From a virus: a stretch of 64,000 nt of DNA. The stretch lies in IMG/VR virus record IMGVR_UViG_3300031485_000046. The stretch is one strand, 5' to 3'. Position numbers and translations under genes: made by a program. The notes below the pieces were generated by a model. The model was not told the DNA's origin and made no database searches. It was given only the letters and a program-made list of their open reading frames with translations. Shown one piece after another: positions 10,232 through 19,426 of the stretch; positions within the stretch are counted from its first letter, which is position 1, and each line of letters opens with the position of its first letter.

Positions 10232-10534
10232 CTATCCTTTGCAAAAAGAGTAAAATACCTTAGCGCATTCTCCATCCTTACTAAGGTGGATAAGGTTTGC
10301 CGTAAACATCGAAGAACAGGCAACGGCGTGTATTTCCATTCCGCATAGTGCCGATTCTTCCTTGAACCCATTTGGGCTTGTGGTAAATTCATCAAGCCAG
10401 ATTCTCTGATTCCTGTATCTAACATAGGGAGAAGATACATCCATATTACCATGCTCTTTGTTTACCGCATATTTGATTTCCTGCCAATGGTTACTGCCGA
10501 AGATCACCATTTTAGCATTTTCCCAATGTTTCAT
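10232..10534 (-). CDS. hypothetical protein
   Basis: 100 aa ORF whose start overlaps upstream stop (ATGA), typical operon coupling. Confidence 0.5.
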   Translation of the reverse strand: MKHWENAKMVIFGSNHWQEIKYAVNKEHGNMDVSSPYVRYRNQRIWLDEFTTSPNGFKEESALCGMEIHAVACSSMFTANLIHLSKDGECAKVFYSFCKG

Positions 10535-10824
10535 ACCTGCACCATCCTTTCTAGGATAGAAAACTCCTTCTCCAATACCTTTAGGGCCGTGTAAATATGG
10601 TCATCATTGTAATCCTTACTGTAAAACAAACTGGATATAGCAAAATCATTTTTCCTGTTTACAAAACCAAATATATCGAATAGTATTCTTCTCCTAAAAT
10701 CTTTGTAGTCACCCCGTTCCTTTATCCATTTGGCATACCCAATGGCTTCTTCTTCTGGCGTAGTAGCAAGAAATTTAGCCATTTCCTCTTTCAGGTACTG
10801 GTAGTCTTCAGGCGTGATTTTCAT
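10531..10824 (-). CDS. hypothetical protein
   Basis: 97 aa ORF, operon context. Confidence 0.55.
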   Translation of the reverse strand: MKITPEDYQYLKEEMAKFLATTPEEEAIGYAKWIKERGDYKDFRRRILFDIFGFVNRKNDFAISSLFYSKDYNDDHIYTALKVLEKEFSILERMVQV

Positions 10825-11076
10825 TTACCTTTCCTCCTGAGGATTATACGTATGATCGAAAATGGTGCAATGGTCCGCATTGTAAACCCTTATCCTAAGA
10901 GTCCCATCTTCCTGAGGAATGCAAGATATACGAAGTATCTTATTTGGCTCACCATTTTCCTTTACGAAAAGATCCGTGGCCATTTCCCCTGTTTTACTTC
11001 TGGGACCACCTGCAAGCAAAGTTTCCCTACCTTCAATTTCTGACCTGATCCAAAAATTTCTGATAGTCATACCCAA
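10825..11076 (-). CDS. hypothetical protein
   Basis: 83 aa ORF, operon context. Confidence 0.5.
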   Translation of the reverse strand: MGMTIRNFWIRSEIEGRETLLAGGPRSKTGEMATDLFVKENGEPNKILRISCIPQEDGTLRIRVYNADHCTIFDHTYNPQEER

Positions 11077-11471
11077 AGCTCTCCTTCGTCATTATCCACC
11101 TTGAGGTTTCCGTCTTCTTCAAGAATCCATTTCACGGGATGGTATTGAGGATTGATGTCCTTCATCATTACCATCCTTGTATCAGTAATCATGGCAACAT
11201 ATCCGCTTACTAGCTTCTGTCCTTTGGCGTTGCATAGGAAGAGTGTAGTGTTTCCTGCCGATCCTACGCCTAGTCCGAGGTAAATTGCGTCCTCATTTTC
11301 GTTGAATCCAACGAAAATGGGTGTAGGGGAGTGTGTGACTCCCCCCTCCGTGTCTACTTCTGGCTTCTGCAAACGGGTGACCTGAATATCATCACCCTCT
11401 GCCGTAATGCGGTACCGGTTTCCATCTATATTTACTATTTTCTTTGCCATTTTAGTTATCCTCCTCTTCAA
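11067..11471 (-). CDS. hypothetical protein
   Basis: 134 aa ORF, overlapping neighbours by 10-20 nt. Confidence 0.55.
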   Translation of the reverse strand: MKRRITKMAKKIVNIDGNRYRITAEGDDIQVTRLQKPEVDTEGGVTHSPTPIFVGFNENEDAIYLGLGVGSAGNTTLFLCNAKGQKLVSGYVAMITDTRMVMMKDINPQYHPVKWILEEDGNLKVDNDEGELWV

Positions 11472-11844
11472 AGTTTACCAACTCAGGCAGATACTTCCTG
11501 AGTGCGGGCAGACTGTAGAAAAACCTTGACGGTTTTCCTGTACCTGTTCTTGCCCTGAGGCATCCACCGCCTTCAGGGTAGAGGCTCATGGAGATCATGC
11601 GCCCGTTGGTGAAAGTGCCCTTCCAGGTAAGAGTTACCCTTCCAAAAATGTCTTCCTTAACTTCGATGTCAGGGTTGGGTTCCTCCCCTCTGACCTTTTC
11701 AAGTACCTCTACCCCTATTGAAAGGGGCCCGTAGGTGGTGATTTCTTTGCTGGGAGTGCCCCAGCAGTGGAGCATCCACCTGGCAAACTCGTGATATACC
11801 CTTTCTGCCTCCCTCGGGTCTTTTATGGTACGCCTTTCATCCAT
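11452..11844 (-). CDS. hypothetical protein
   Basis: 130 aa ORF, operon context. Confidence 0.55.
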   Translation of the reverse strand: MDERRTIKDPREAERVYHEFARWMLHCWGTPSKEITTYGPLSIGVEVLEKVRGEEPNPDIEVKEDIFGRVTLTWKGTFTNGRMISMSLYPEGGGCLRARTGTGKPSRFFYSLPALRKYLPELVNFEEEDN

Positions 11845-11845
11845 G

Positions 11846-12100
11846 TTAGTTATCCTCCTTTGCGGCTTTTCTGAAAACCGCCTTCAGCAGCTCGTGTCCT
11901 TCTTTTGAGATGCCTTTAATGTACTCTACCTTACCGCCGGGCTTCCTGGTATTTCTAGGGGCATCATGTATAATGAAGAGCCCTGCCCTTCCGTACATTA
12001 GCCTAGTTTCTTTGCGCGGATCATCCTCGCTTCTTTTCGAGGCGAGGATGATTTCAACTACCTGTTCGAGATGGTTTCTTACTGTCCTCATGGTACACAT
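11846..12100 (-). CDS. hypothetical protein (first gene of minus-strand early operon)
   Basis: 84 aa ORF adjacent to divergent promoter region 12101..12347. Confidence 0.5.
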   Translation of the reverse strand: MCTMRTVRNHLEQVVEIILASKRSEDDPRKETRLMYGRAGLFIIHDAPRNTRKPGGKVEYIKGISKEGHELLKAVFRKAAKEDN

Positions 12101-12238
12101 TCCTCCTTTGGTTTTCTGTACTAAGGATTAGGTTGTCAAGGGTCACGGGTTTGTGCTCACTTCGCTGTCTGATGCTATTCTCTCATACCATATTTGATAT
12201 GTCAAATGTCCAGTTTGTCAAACAATAGAGTCTTTTTA

Positions 12239-12267
12239 TTGACAGGATACGGTTAAGGATATATACT
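12239..12267 (+). promoter_or_regulatory. sigma70-like promoter TTGACA-N17-TATACT upstream of terminase genes
   Basis: TTGACA 12239..12244, 17-nt spacer, TATACT 12262..12267; SD GAAAGGAG and ATG 12348 downstream. Confidence 0.6.
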
Positions 12268-12347
12268 ATTTCAATCTACCTGTAATATTTTCATCTCGAA
12301 AAAATGTATATAATAGAAGCCAATTTTGAAAGGAGTGTTTCATACAC

Positions 12348-12914
12348 ATGGCATATCGAAAATCAGGGAGACCTTTAGCAGTAGCAGAACCGTGGAATGA
12401 ATCAATCCCAGAAAGGGCGTATGATCTTTGCCTTCTAGGATTGCGTGATGCCGATTTAGCCACGGCATTCGGAGTTTCTATATATACCATTGATAAATGG
12501 AAACAGACTCATCCAGAGTTTAGAGAAGCACTATCCAGAGGTAAAGAACAAGCTGACGCTAAAGTGGCAGACGCACTTTACCATAAGGCAGTAGGCTATG
12601 CCCATAAAGCTGTGGACATCAGAATAGTTGACGGCGAGGTAGTGAAAATACCATACACTAAAATCTATCCACCAGATACTACTGCCTGCATATTCTGGTT
12701 GAAGAATAGGCAAAGACAGTACTGGACGGATACCAAGCAAAATGTTCATACTGGTACAGTGGGTGTGGAACATACTATGAGACGTCAACTTGACCTTTCT
12801 GATTTCTCCAAAGAAGAACTTGCCCTAGCAGAAAAACTAGCCTCTAGGATGCTTCAGGAGGGTACTCAGGATGCAGAGTTTACAGAAGAGGGGGAGAATG
12901 ACGGGGATGAGTAA
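12348..12914 (+). CDS. terS: terminase small subunit
   Basis: 188 aa directly upstream of and overlapping large terminase; HTH-like N-terminus 'LATAFGVSIYTIDKW' and 'IFWLKNRQRQYW' segment typical of small terminases. Confidence 0.65.
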   Translation: MAYRKSGRPLAVAEPWNESIPERAYDLCLLGLRDADLATAFGVSIYTIDKWKQTHPEFREALSRGKEQADAKVADALYHKAVGYAHKAVDIRIVDGEVVKIPYTKIYPPDTTACIFWLKNRQRQYWTDTKQNVHTGTVGVEHTMRRQLDLSDFSKEELALAEKLASRMLQEGTQDAEFTEEGENDGDE

Positions 12915-14466
12915 ATATGAACGTAAGGACGCCTTAAAACGCCAAAGAGAAAACATCATCCCAAAATCAGATAGGTTCCAAGCATTACTTTTGAACCCAT
13001 TGCAGATAAAAGCAGAAAAATGCCGTAGGTCCCTATTTGAATTTATGAAAGAATTCTGGCCAGAAGTATCCACAAGTGACCCTACATGGAATTGGCATCT
13101 AGAATACCTAGCTAACGAACTGGAAAGGATGATGTATAGAGTAGCAAACAGACAACCAAAAGAATACGACCTCATAATAAACATAAGCCCCGGTACCACA
13201 AAGTCTACCCTATGTTCCATAATGCTGAATGCATGGGTGTGGGCTAAATGGCCTTGGCTCCGATTCATCAACGCATCCTATTCTGGAGCCCTATCTCTGG
13301 AACATTCAGAATTGTGTCGTGACCTTATACGGTCAGAACGATACAAAAGGTTATTCCCGTATTTGGAAATAAAGCAAGACAAGGATACCAAAACTAACTT
13401 TAAAATTTTATATGATGAAGAGCGTCTGGATTCCATAACAGGCGAAGCATCTACACTAAAAAAGAGTGGTGGTAACAGATACTCCACCTCCGTAGGCGGC
13501 ACCTTGACTGGATTCCATGCTGATGTACTGTTAGTAGACGATCCATTGGATCCGCAAAGAGCTGTATCCGACGTGGAAGTCCTTAAAGCCAACACATGGA
13601 TAGATCAGACACTATCTACCAGAAAGGTAGATAAAGCGGTAACACCAACCATAATCATAATGCAAAGGCTCCATCAGAATGACCCTACGGGTTATCTGCT
13701 ATCCAAGAAGAATAAAAAGATAAAGCATATCTGCCTACCAGGTGAAATACGGAATTACAGGAAAAATTTGAAACCTAAAGCCCTAGCCAAGTATTATAAG
13801 GATGATCTGTTCGACCCTATAAGAATGCCATGGAAAGTCCTTGACGACCTAAGAGTAGACCTTGGTGAATTCGGGTATGCTTCCCAGATCGGCCAATCCG
13901 CAGTATCAGACAAGGGCAACTTATTCAAGGTAGAACACTTTCAAATCATCCATAGTATGGTACCAGACCCAGACATAGTAAGATCCATACGATACTGGGA
14001 CAAAGCCGGTACAGCTGGAGCTGGAGCATACACGGTGGGGGTACGAATGCTTGCATTGAATAATGGAAAATTCCTTATCACGGATGTTAAAAGAGGGCGG
14101 TGGTCCACAGAACAACGGGAAGCCATCATCAGACAGACTGCAGAAGCCGACGGTACAGACACAATAATCTGGCATGAACAAGAACCAGGTTCAGGCGGAA
14201 AAGAATCCGCAGAAGGCACTATAAGAAACCTAGCTGGATACACCACGTATGCAGATAGGGTAACTAGAAACAAGGAAATGAGAGCGGATCCATATTCAGT
14301 CCAAGTAAATAATGGTAACGTACTGTTACTATATGCTCCGTGGAACCAAGACTTCATAGAAGAGCACAGATACTTCCCAAATTCAACATATAAGGATCAG
14401 GTAGACGCAGCCTCAGGAGCGTTCTCTAAGGCAGTACGGAAAAAGATAGCCGGTGCGATAGGATAA
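12907..14466 (+). CDS. terL: terminase large subunit
   Basis: ~520 aa; ATPase P-loop-like 'NISPGTTKST', acidic 'LLVDDPLD', C-terminal nuclease-like region; SD AGGGGGAG before ATG 12907 (track ORF starts 12871). Confidence 0.8.
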   Translation: MSKYERKDALKRQRENIIPKSDRFQALLLNPLQIKAEKCRRSLFEFMKEFWPEVSTSDPTWNWHLEYLANELERMMYRVANRQPKEYDLIINISPGTTKSTLCSIMLNAWVWAKWPWLRFINASYSGALSLEHSELCRDLIRSERYKRLFPYLEIKQDKDTKTNFKILYDEERLDSITGEASTLKKSGGNRYSTSVGGTLTGFHADVLLVDDPLDPQRAVSDVEVLKANTWIDQTLSTRKVDKAVTPTIIIMQRLHQNDPTGYLLSKKNKKIKHICLPGEIRNYRKNLKPKALAKYYKDDLFDPIRMPWKVLDDLRVDLGEFGYASQIGQSAVSDKGNLFKVEHFQIIHSMVPDPDIVRSIRYWDKAGTAGAGAYTVGVRMLALNNGKFLITDVKRGRWSTEQREAIIRQTAEADGTDTIIWHEQEPGSGGKESAEGTIRNLAGYTTYADRVTRNKEMRADPYSVQVNNGNVLLLYAPWNQDFIEEHRYFPNSTYKDQVDAASGAFSKAVRKKIAGAIG

Positions 14467-14522
14467 ACATATAAAGGTAACCAAACAGATAACCCGTTTA
14501 GCCGTAGGCTATAGGGATAAAT

Positions 14523-14568
14523 AATGATACAGATAGATATGGATTCACCTATCTGTATCATTTTTTTA
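14523..14568 (+). terminator. rho-independent terminator downstream of terL
   Basis: Perfect 11-14 bp stem GATACAGATAG/CTATCTGTATC (14526..14536 / 14549..14559), 12-nt loop, TTTTTTT run 14561..14567. Confidence 0.75.
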
Positions 14569-15078
14569 TGGTAAAATACTCATACCGTAAGGTAAGCTAT
14601 GATATAGTAAAAATTGGGTAGTTTGGTAGTTATAGAGGTAGTCAGATAGAATAGGAAAAAAACTATCCATAAAAATAACATAGATAGGTAGACTAATATG
14701 GTATAATCTATAGAAACCTATATATCAATACAATCCATACTTTTACTATCCAAATAAGCTAATAATCCAATATAATCCAGATAATCCTAAACAGGTACAT
14801 ATAGTCAATTATAATAAGATACAGAAGAGGCAATCCCAAATCATACTAAGATGGTATACCAATATATCTGATACACCATATAACCTATCTCATGTAACCA
14901 TACGAATATGCATATGGATAAACAGTAAGAACGACATAATACAAATATACACCAATTCAATCAAGCTAATAGGAACATACGCAATAAGCTAATATCCGAT
15001 AAGCCTAAACAGGTACATAGTCAATATCAATATCTAGTCAATAGTAAACTAACATGCGAGCCTCCCTAAGGTAGGTCC

Positions 15079-15104
15079 CATAAATTGGTACCATAAATTG
15101 GTAC
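15079..15104. repeat. tandem 13-bp repeat CATAAATTGGTAC x2 (contains GGTACC palindrome)
   Basis: Two adjacent identical 13-mers read directly. Confidence 0.6.
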
Positions 15105-15439
15105 CATATCCTGGTTTACCAGCATGTGGTAACCTTACCTCCATCCTTACCATCACCTATACCACCATTCATCTGGATCTAATCTGCCTATACCCATATT
15201 TAATCTATGGTATTTAATAAATGGACACCATATTTCATAAATGGATAGCCAAAACCATACAAGCCATATCCTATTCCGTATTCCAATCCAATATATAGAT
15301 ACCTATACCTCCACTTCACCATGTACTGGGAAACCCAGTAATTGGTATAAAAAAATGGGACCTAAGTGTGGTAACCTAGATTTATCTATGTATGATCGTT
15401 TATATAGTGAAACCGAGATTTATACCTATTATTTTGTCC

Positions 15440-15900
15440 TCCACTATACCAATACGGTGGTATGCTGGATTGTAATCAGGAAATTCAAATACGGAGTAGA
15501 CCTCGATGTTTTACTATGTATATATAGAACGTATCTTTATAACAGTACCTACCAACTATCCACTACGGTGGTGTGTTGGATTGTACTTATAAATATGTGG
15601 AAAATAGAAAATGGGAGGTATTTCGATGTTTTACTATGTAGAACCGACGGTCTGTTTTTGTCAGGAATCTTCCAACTATCCACTACGGTGGTATATTGGG
15701 AGATACTTACCGAAACGTGTATGATATGAAATGGGAGGTATTTCGATGTTTTACTATGCATATATAGAGATATTGATTGGTTCCCATTTACCCTATATCT
15801 TACCCAGTATCCACTACGGTGGTATGTTGGGTAGTATTAATCCGTAGTATGGGTAGGTACTGTCTAGATTGTTTATCTATATATAGAGAATGAATAAGGT
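15440..15900. repeat. ~110-130 bp tandem repeat array, 4 units, each with blocks 'CGATGTTTTACTATG' and 'TATCCACTACGGTGGT'
   Basis: Block A at 15504, 15624, 15744; block B at 15451, 15560, 15680, 15811; track ORFs 15241..15729(+) and 15549..15761(-) merely translate the repeats. Confidence 0.75.
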
Positions 15901-16410
15901 GTGTCCATTCCCAAAATACCTCAGGCCCTCCATTATCTAGAATTTTCCCCAATTATAAAAATTTGTCAACCTCTGGCAGCTAAATGGAGTATAAGTATCC
16001 TACGGATACATGTATAAAAATGAAATCTTGGACACGTATCCAACGGATTATTTTATAAAAATGGGATTGGATTATTTTTATTTATACAGGTTCAATTTGA
16101 GAAAATGCACCTGTTTGAGTTTTCGATGGGTAATTGGTATAACAATAGTTGGATTATATAAAAACGGTATGGGATAATACCAGACCCGTTTTGAAGGCAT
16201 AAATTGCATAAATCAGTTCCGTTTATTTTTTTATTTCCTATGGATGGTACCGAATATTTCGAGGAGAAAAGGAATCCATAAAAATCATACGAGGTTTTTC
16301 ATGCTACCTAATCCAAAATACGTGGCGAATTTTCGGCTCCGTAATCGTTTTTCTAGAGGTGAGCGGTGAATTCATACCGGTAGAAAATGAGCGCCTTCTA
16401 GCGCACCGCT

Positions 16411-16449
16411 GGCGGAGAAACTCATTGGCGGAGAAACTGGCGGAGAAAA
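16411..16449. repeat. iteron cluster GGCGGAGAAA(C) x3
   Basis: Copies at 16411..16421, 16427..16437, 16439..16449; same 11-mer as at 4117..4142. Confidence 0.65.
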
Positions 16450-16457
16450 TGGATGGA

Positions 16458-16548
16458 TTTTTCTGTTTTTCTGTTTTTCTGATTGTTGTACATCGTTTCT
16501 ACATTCTACATTCTACATTCTACATTCTACATTCTACATTCTGCATTT
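16458..16548. repeat. microsatellite-like tandem repeats: TTTTTCTG x3 then TACATTC x6-7
   Basis: 8-mer repeats about 16458..16482; heptamer array 16500..16541 with a degenerate seventh unit to 16548. Confidence 0.7.
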
Positions 16549-17060
16549 CAGAAGAATGCATGTGGTACTTTATAAGATGCATGTATGCAATGTCATATGC
16601 ATCCTTAATTGTCTCCTGATTACTATACAATTATACACTATTCCTATTCCTGTTTCAATCGTAACAGATATTTTACTATTATATAATAATCTATAGTATT
16701 GTGTCATATTGTAGAATATTCTTATATTCATGAATATCAGACAAGCATAATGCAGAATGCATATTATACAATGCATTATTCAGCTATATTTTTCACAAGC
16801 ATTTTTTAGTAGTACAATGCATAATGCAGAATGCATCATGCATTATTCAATGAAACATTTCACAAGTGTTCATACAGTGCATACAATACATTCTGCATCA
16901 TGCATCATGCATTATTCAGCTATATTTTTCACAAGCATTTTTTAGTAGTACAATACATTCTGCAATATGCATTGTATAGCATGTATTATTCAATGAAACA
17001 TTTCACAAGTGTTACTGTATCCGAAGAGTATACAATGCATTTTTCAATGAAATATTTCAC
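16540..17060. repeat. ATGCAT-dense region with ~126-140 bp direct repeats (units contain 'TCAGCTATATTTTTCACAAGC' and 'TTCAATGAAACATTTCACAAG')
   Basis: About a dozen ATGCAT hexamers in ~500 bp; 19-mer TCAGCTATATTTTTCACAA at 16780 and 16906 (also 4831); track ORFs here are repeat translations. Confidence 0.65.
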
Positions 17061-17191
17061 AAGCGATACTGTGATCGAATTGTATCTGAATGACTATACA
17101 ATTCACTATTATTTTATAAAACTCTATAGTATTGCAGAATACAGTAGAATTCAGTAGAATTATATTAAGTGTATAGTCTTTTCATGCATAG

Positions 17192-17219
17192 TTGACATTC
17201 TATCGTAGAGTGCTATACT
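17192..17219 (+). promoter_or_regulatory. sigma70-like promoter TTGACA-N16-TATACT
   Basis: TTGACA 17192..17197, TATACT 17214..17219, ~120 nt upstream of small gene start 17337. Confidence 0.55.
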
Positions 17220-17336
17220 GTACTCGTAGCAAGCGAGCGAGCAAGTTCTTTGACAACTGAAGAAGCAAGCTCATAACAGAGTAACACTTCTTCAGAACAT
17301 ACGCGCACAACGTTGCGCAGAAAGAGAGTGTGTAGC

Positions 17337-17675
17337 ATGACAACGAGCAGCAAGAAGAACGTAAACAGTAAGAAAGCTGAAATAGTCGAACAGAAAGCAG
17401 TTGAAGTAAAGAAAGAAGAAGTAAGAGAAGCAAAGAAGATTAGCAATACTCAGAAGTGTGCTGATATGATCATGCAACTTGCGAAAGACGCTAAGTATAC
17501 TCGCAGTGAAATTTGTAATGCTGTTTCAGATGCACTAACAGCATTAAGCATAGTCACAGTAAAGACTATGCTTTCAGACTTGCAGAACAGCAAGTATGCA
17601 AGACGTTATAGCACTCATACTATCGCAGTAAACAAAGAAACAAAGATTGTAACAGTAGCAAGTGAGATAAAATGA
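17337..17675 (+). CDS. hypothetical small protein
   Basis: ATG 17337 with SD AAAGAGAG 8 nt upstream (track ORF starts at TTG 17313); 112 aa, Lys/Glu-rich N-terminus. Confidence 0.5.
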   Translation: MTTSSKKNVNSKKAEIVEQKAVEVKKEEVREAKKISNTQKCADMIMQLAKDAKYTRSEICNAVSDALTALSIVTVKTMLSDLQNSKYARRYSTHTIAVNKETKIVTVASEIK

Positions 17676-17884
17676 AGTATCAGCATGTTGAACGTTCGCA
17701 AGCTCTCGCAGTAAGTGACGTTGAAACTTTGCAGAATATTGCAAAAAGACGTCTGATCGATTTGAAACAGCTTGCAAGAGAAGCAGACTCTTTACTTGTC
17801 TTTTCAGTAATAAGAAATACATGTATTCAAATCGATCGAAGCATCGATGATGCACTTGAAAACGCAAGAAAATTACTGAAGTAG
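17672..17884 (+). CDS. hypothetical small protein
   Basis: 70 aa; ATGA start/stop overlap with preceding gene; followed by strong terminator. Confidence 0.5.
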   Translation: MKYQHVERSQALAVSDVETLQNIAKRRLIDLKQLAREADSLLVFSVIRNTCIQIDRSIDDALENARKLLK

Positions 17885-17889
17885 TACAA

Positions 17890-17940
17890 AAAAAGATAGT
17901 CAAGTATCTACAATTCGATACTTGACTATCTTTTTATCTC
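17890..17940. terminator. strong (bidirectional-capable) rho-independent terminator
   Basis: Perfect 15-bp stem AGATAGTCAAGTATC/GATACTTGACTATCT (17894..17908 / 17917..17931), 8-nt loop, flanking A-run and T-run. Confidence 0.8.
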
Positions 17941-17960
17941 ATTTGAAAGAGAGTGATACT

Positions 17961-18284
17961 ATGTTAGATAATCAGTATGAATTACATCAAAAGATACAAA
18001 AAATAGAACACAAGCATATCAGATTACATGCAAGCAATTGTATGTACAAATTGATGAATATTCAATTGTTACTTGAAGAACAGATTAATCTACTCATTTC
18101 TGATATTGTAGCAAATGATGCTTCTGTTAGTGAAATATTGCTAACAGAACGTCAAAGTACATTTGATAATGAACTTTTTGCGATAACGACAAAAGAAGAT
18201 AGAAAAGCAATAGCAATACTGCATAATACTATAATCGATAGTATGAATGCAGTAAGAAAGACAATCATCTATACAGACGAATAA
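17961..18284 (+). CDS. hypothetical small protein
   Basis: ATG 17961 with SD GAAAGAGAG 7 nt upstream; track start (TTG 17922) lies inside the terminator stem so was moved. Confidence 0.5.
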   Translation: MLDNQYELHQKIQKIEHKHIRLHASNCMYKLMNIQLLLEEQINLLISDIVANDASVSEILLTERQSTFDNELFAITTKEDRKAIAILHNTIIDSMNAVRKTIIYTDE

Positions 18285-18323
18285 AATTACACAATAGAGC
18301 ATAATTGATAGCAATTGAATAGA

Positions 18324-18361
18324 AAAGAGTAGTCAATACTAGACTACTCTTTTCTTTTTTA
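18324..18361 (+). terminator. rho-independent terminator
   Basis: 11-bp stem AAAGAGTAGTC/GACTACTCTTT (18324..18334 / 18342..18352), 7-nt loop, T-run to 18360. Confidence 0.7.
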
Positions 18362-18745
18362 TTCATGCATACAATGCATGATGCATCCTGCACTATGCAT
18401 AGTATAAGCGTTCATAGTAGCATTTGATAACATAACACTACACTATTTATTACAATTAGACAATATACTACAATATGATAGTGTAGTGTGTATTGTCTAT
18501 TCTATACACTACAATATAGACAAGTATACACTACAATATAGACAAGTATAGAATAGAGTATAATAATCTATAGTATGCTACACTATATAGCAATATAATA
18601 TAATAATATATAATTGTATAGTAAAGCAGATACAATTCAATACAATGACTGCGCTAGTATACAATGCATGATGCATGATGCATCGTACACAATGCATAAT
18701 GTAAAATCGATTTTACACGTTGCAGAATGCATGCTGGCTCCTGGC

Positions 18746-18902
18746 CCCCTCTAAAATTGTGACAAATTTTTCTGGATATTAAAATGGGTAATCCATTATT
18801 TTCTAAAGCATATTCATTATTTATTCTACGTATCTTTCACACACCCCTCGTAAAATTGCTACTGATTTTTCCCAATACTAAAGTGGGTAATCCATTATTT
18901 TC
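18746..18902. repeat. two ~58-bp direct repeats sharing 'AAAATTG..TTTTTC..TAAA.TGGGTAATCCATTATTTTC'
   Basis: Copies at 18746..18803 and 18844..18902; inverted partial copy 'TAATGGATTA..ACCCA' near 18961; partial copy near 19110. Confidence 0.6.
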
Positions 18903-19426
18903 GATATATCTATTCTGTATGACTGTATAGATAGTATAAGATGCAGTATCCAATTTTAACTAATGGATTAATATACCCAATTTACTCATACTATACGTAT
19001 CTTCATGGATCCGTTTTCTTTCGTCTTTATTTTTACCATACCCCGTCATTCTGTATGAATTTATCCAAAAATAACCGCATAAATATTTTGTAAAAATTTA
19101 TATGGGAGTTAAAATGGGTTGATTAGATCAGTAGAGAGGTTAGATCACACTAGGGAGTTAGATACGATGCATCCTAGCCCGGATCCTGATAGGCTAGGAT
19201 GCATATAGAAACTATGTTTGTCGTAATATATCTTGAAAACGCATCAGATTCGTTTCATACTGTGCGATTTCCTTGCTTATGGAAGCTGTTCGTTCTGTTT
19301 CAGACGTTGTTTCTATCGTCTAGAGTGAAAAAGATCGAATACCGTGCAAGGATTTAACGTGTCATGCCATCCCATTCGGTTGTTCCCTCCGTCCTTGCGA
19401 CTTTCCTATAAGGGATGGAAACCGGG

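Larger units (their letters stand above)
14467..17336. other. large repeat-dense non-coding/regulatory region (no credible long ORF)
   Basis: ~2.9 kb AT-rich tract between terL and next small gene; contains tandem and dispersed repeats, iterons and promoter-like elements listed separately. Confidence 0.7.

Noticed and set aside
15241-15729. 162-aa plus-strand ORF (and antisense ORF 15549..15761) spanning the 120-bp tandem repeats
   Set aside because: The translation just reiterates the DNA repeats ('YFDVLLC', 'QLSTTVV'), there is no RBS, and composition is low-complexity; this is a repeat artefact, not a gene.
15440-15900. CRISPR array
   Set aside because: Units are about 120 bp with two alternating degenerate conserved blocks, not identical 25-40 bp repeats separated by unique spacers; no cas genes or leader are present.
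16757-17157. Plus-strand ORFs 16757..16945 and 16831..17157 (His/Met-rich)
   Set aside because: They are translations of the ATGCAT-rich direct repeats (repeated 'MH' = ATGCAT), with no RBS; treated as non-coding.
17922-17960. TTG start at 17922 for the third small gene
   Set aside because: That start lies inside the right arm of the 15-bp terminator stem; the ATG at 17961 with an upstream SD is far more plausible.
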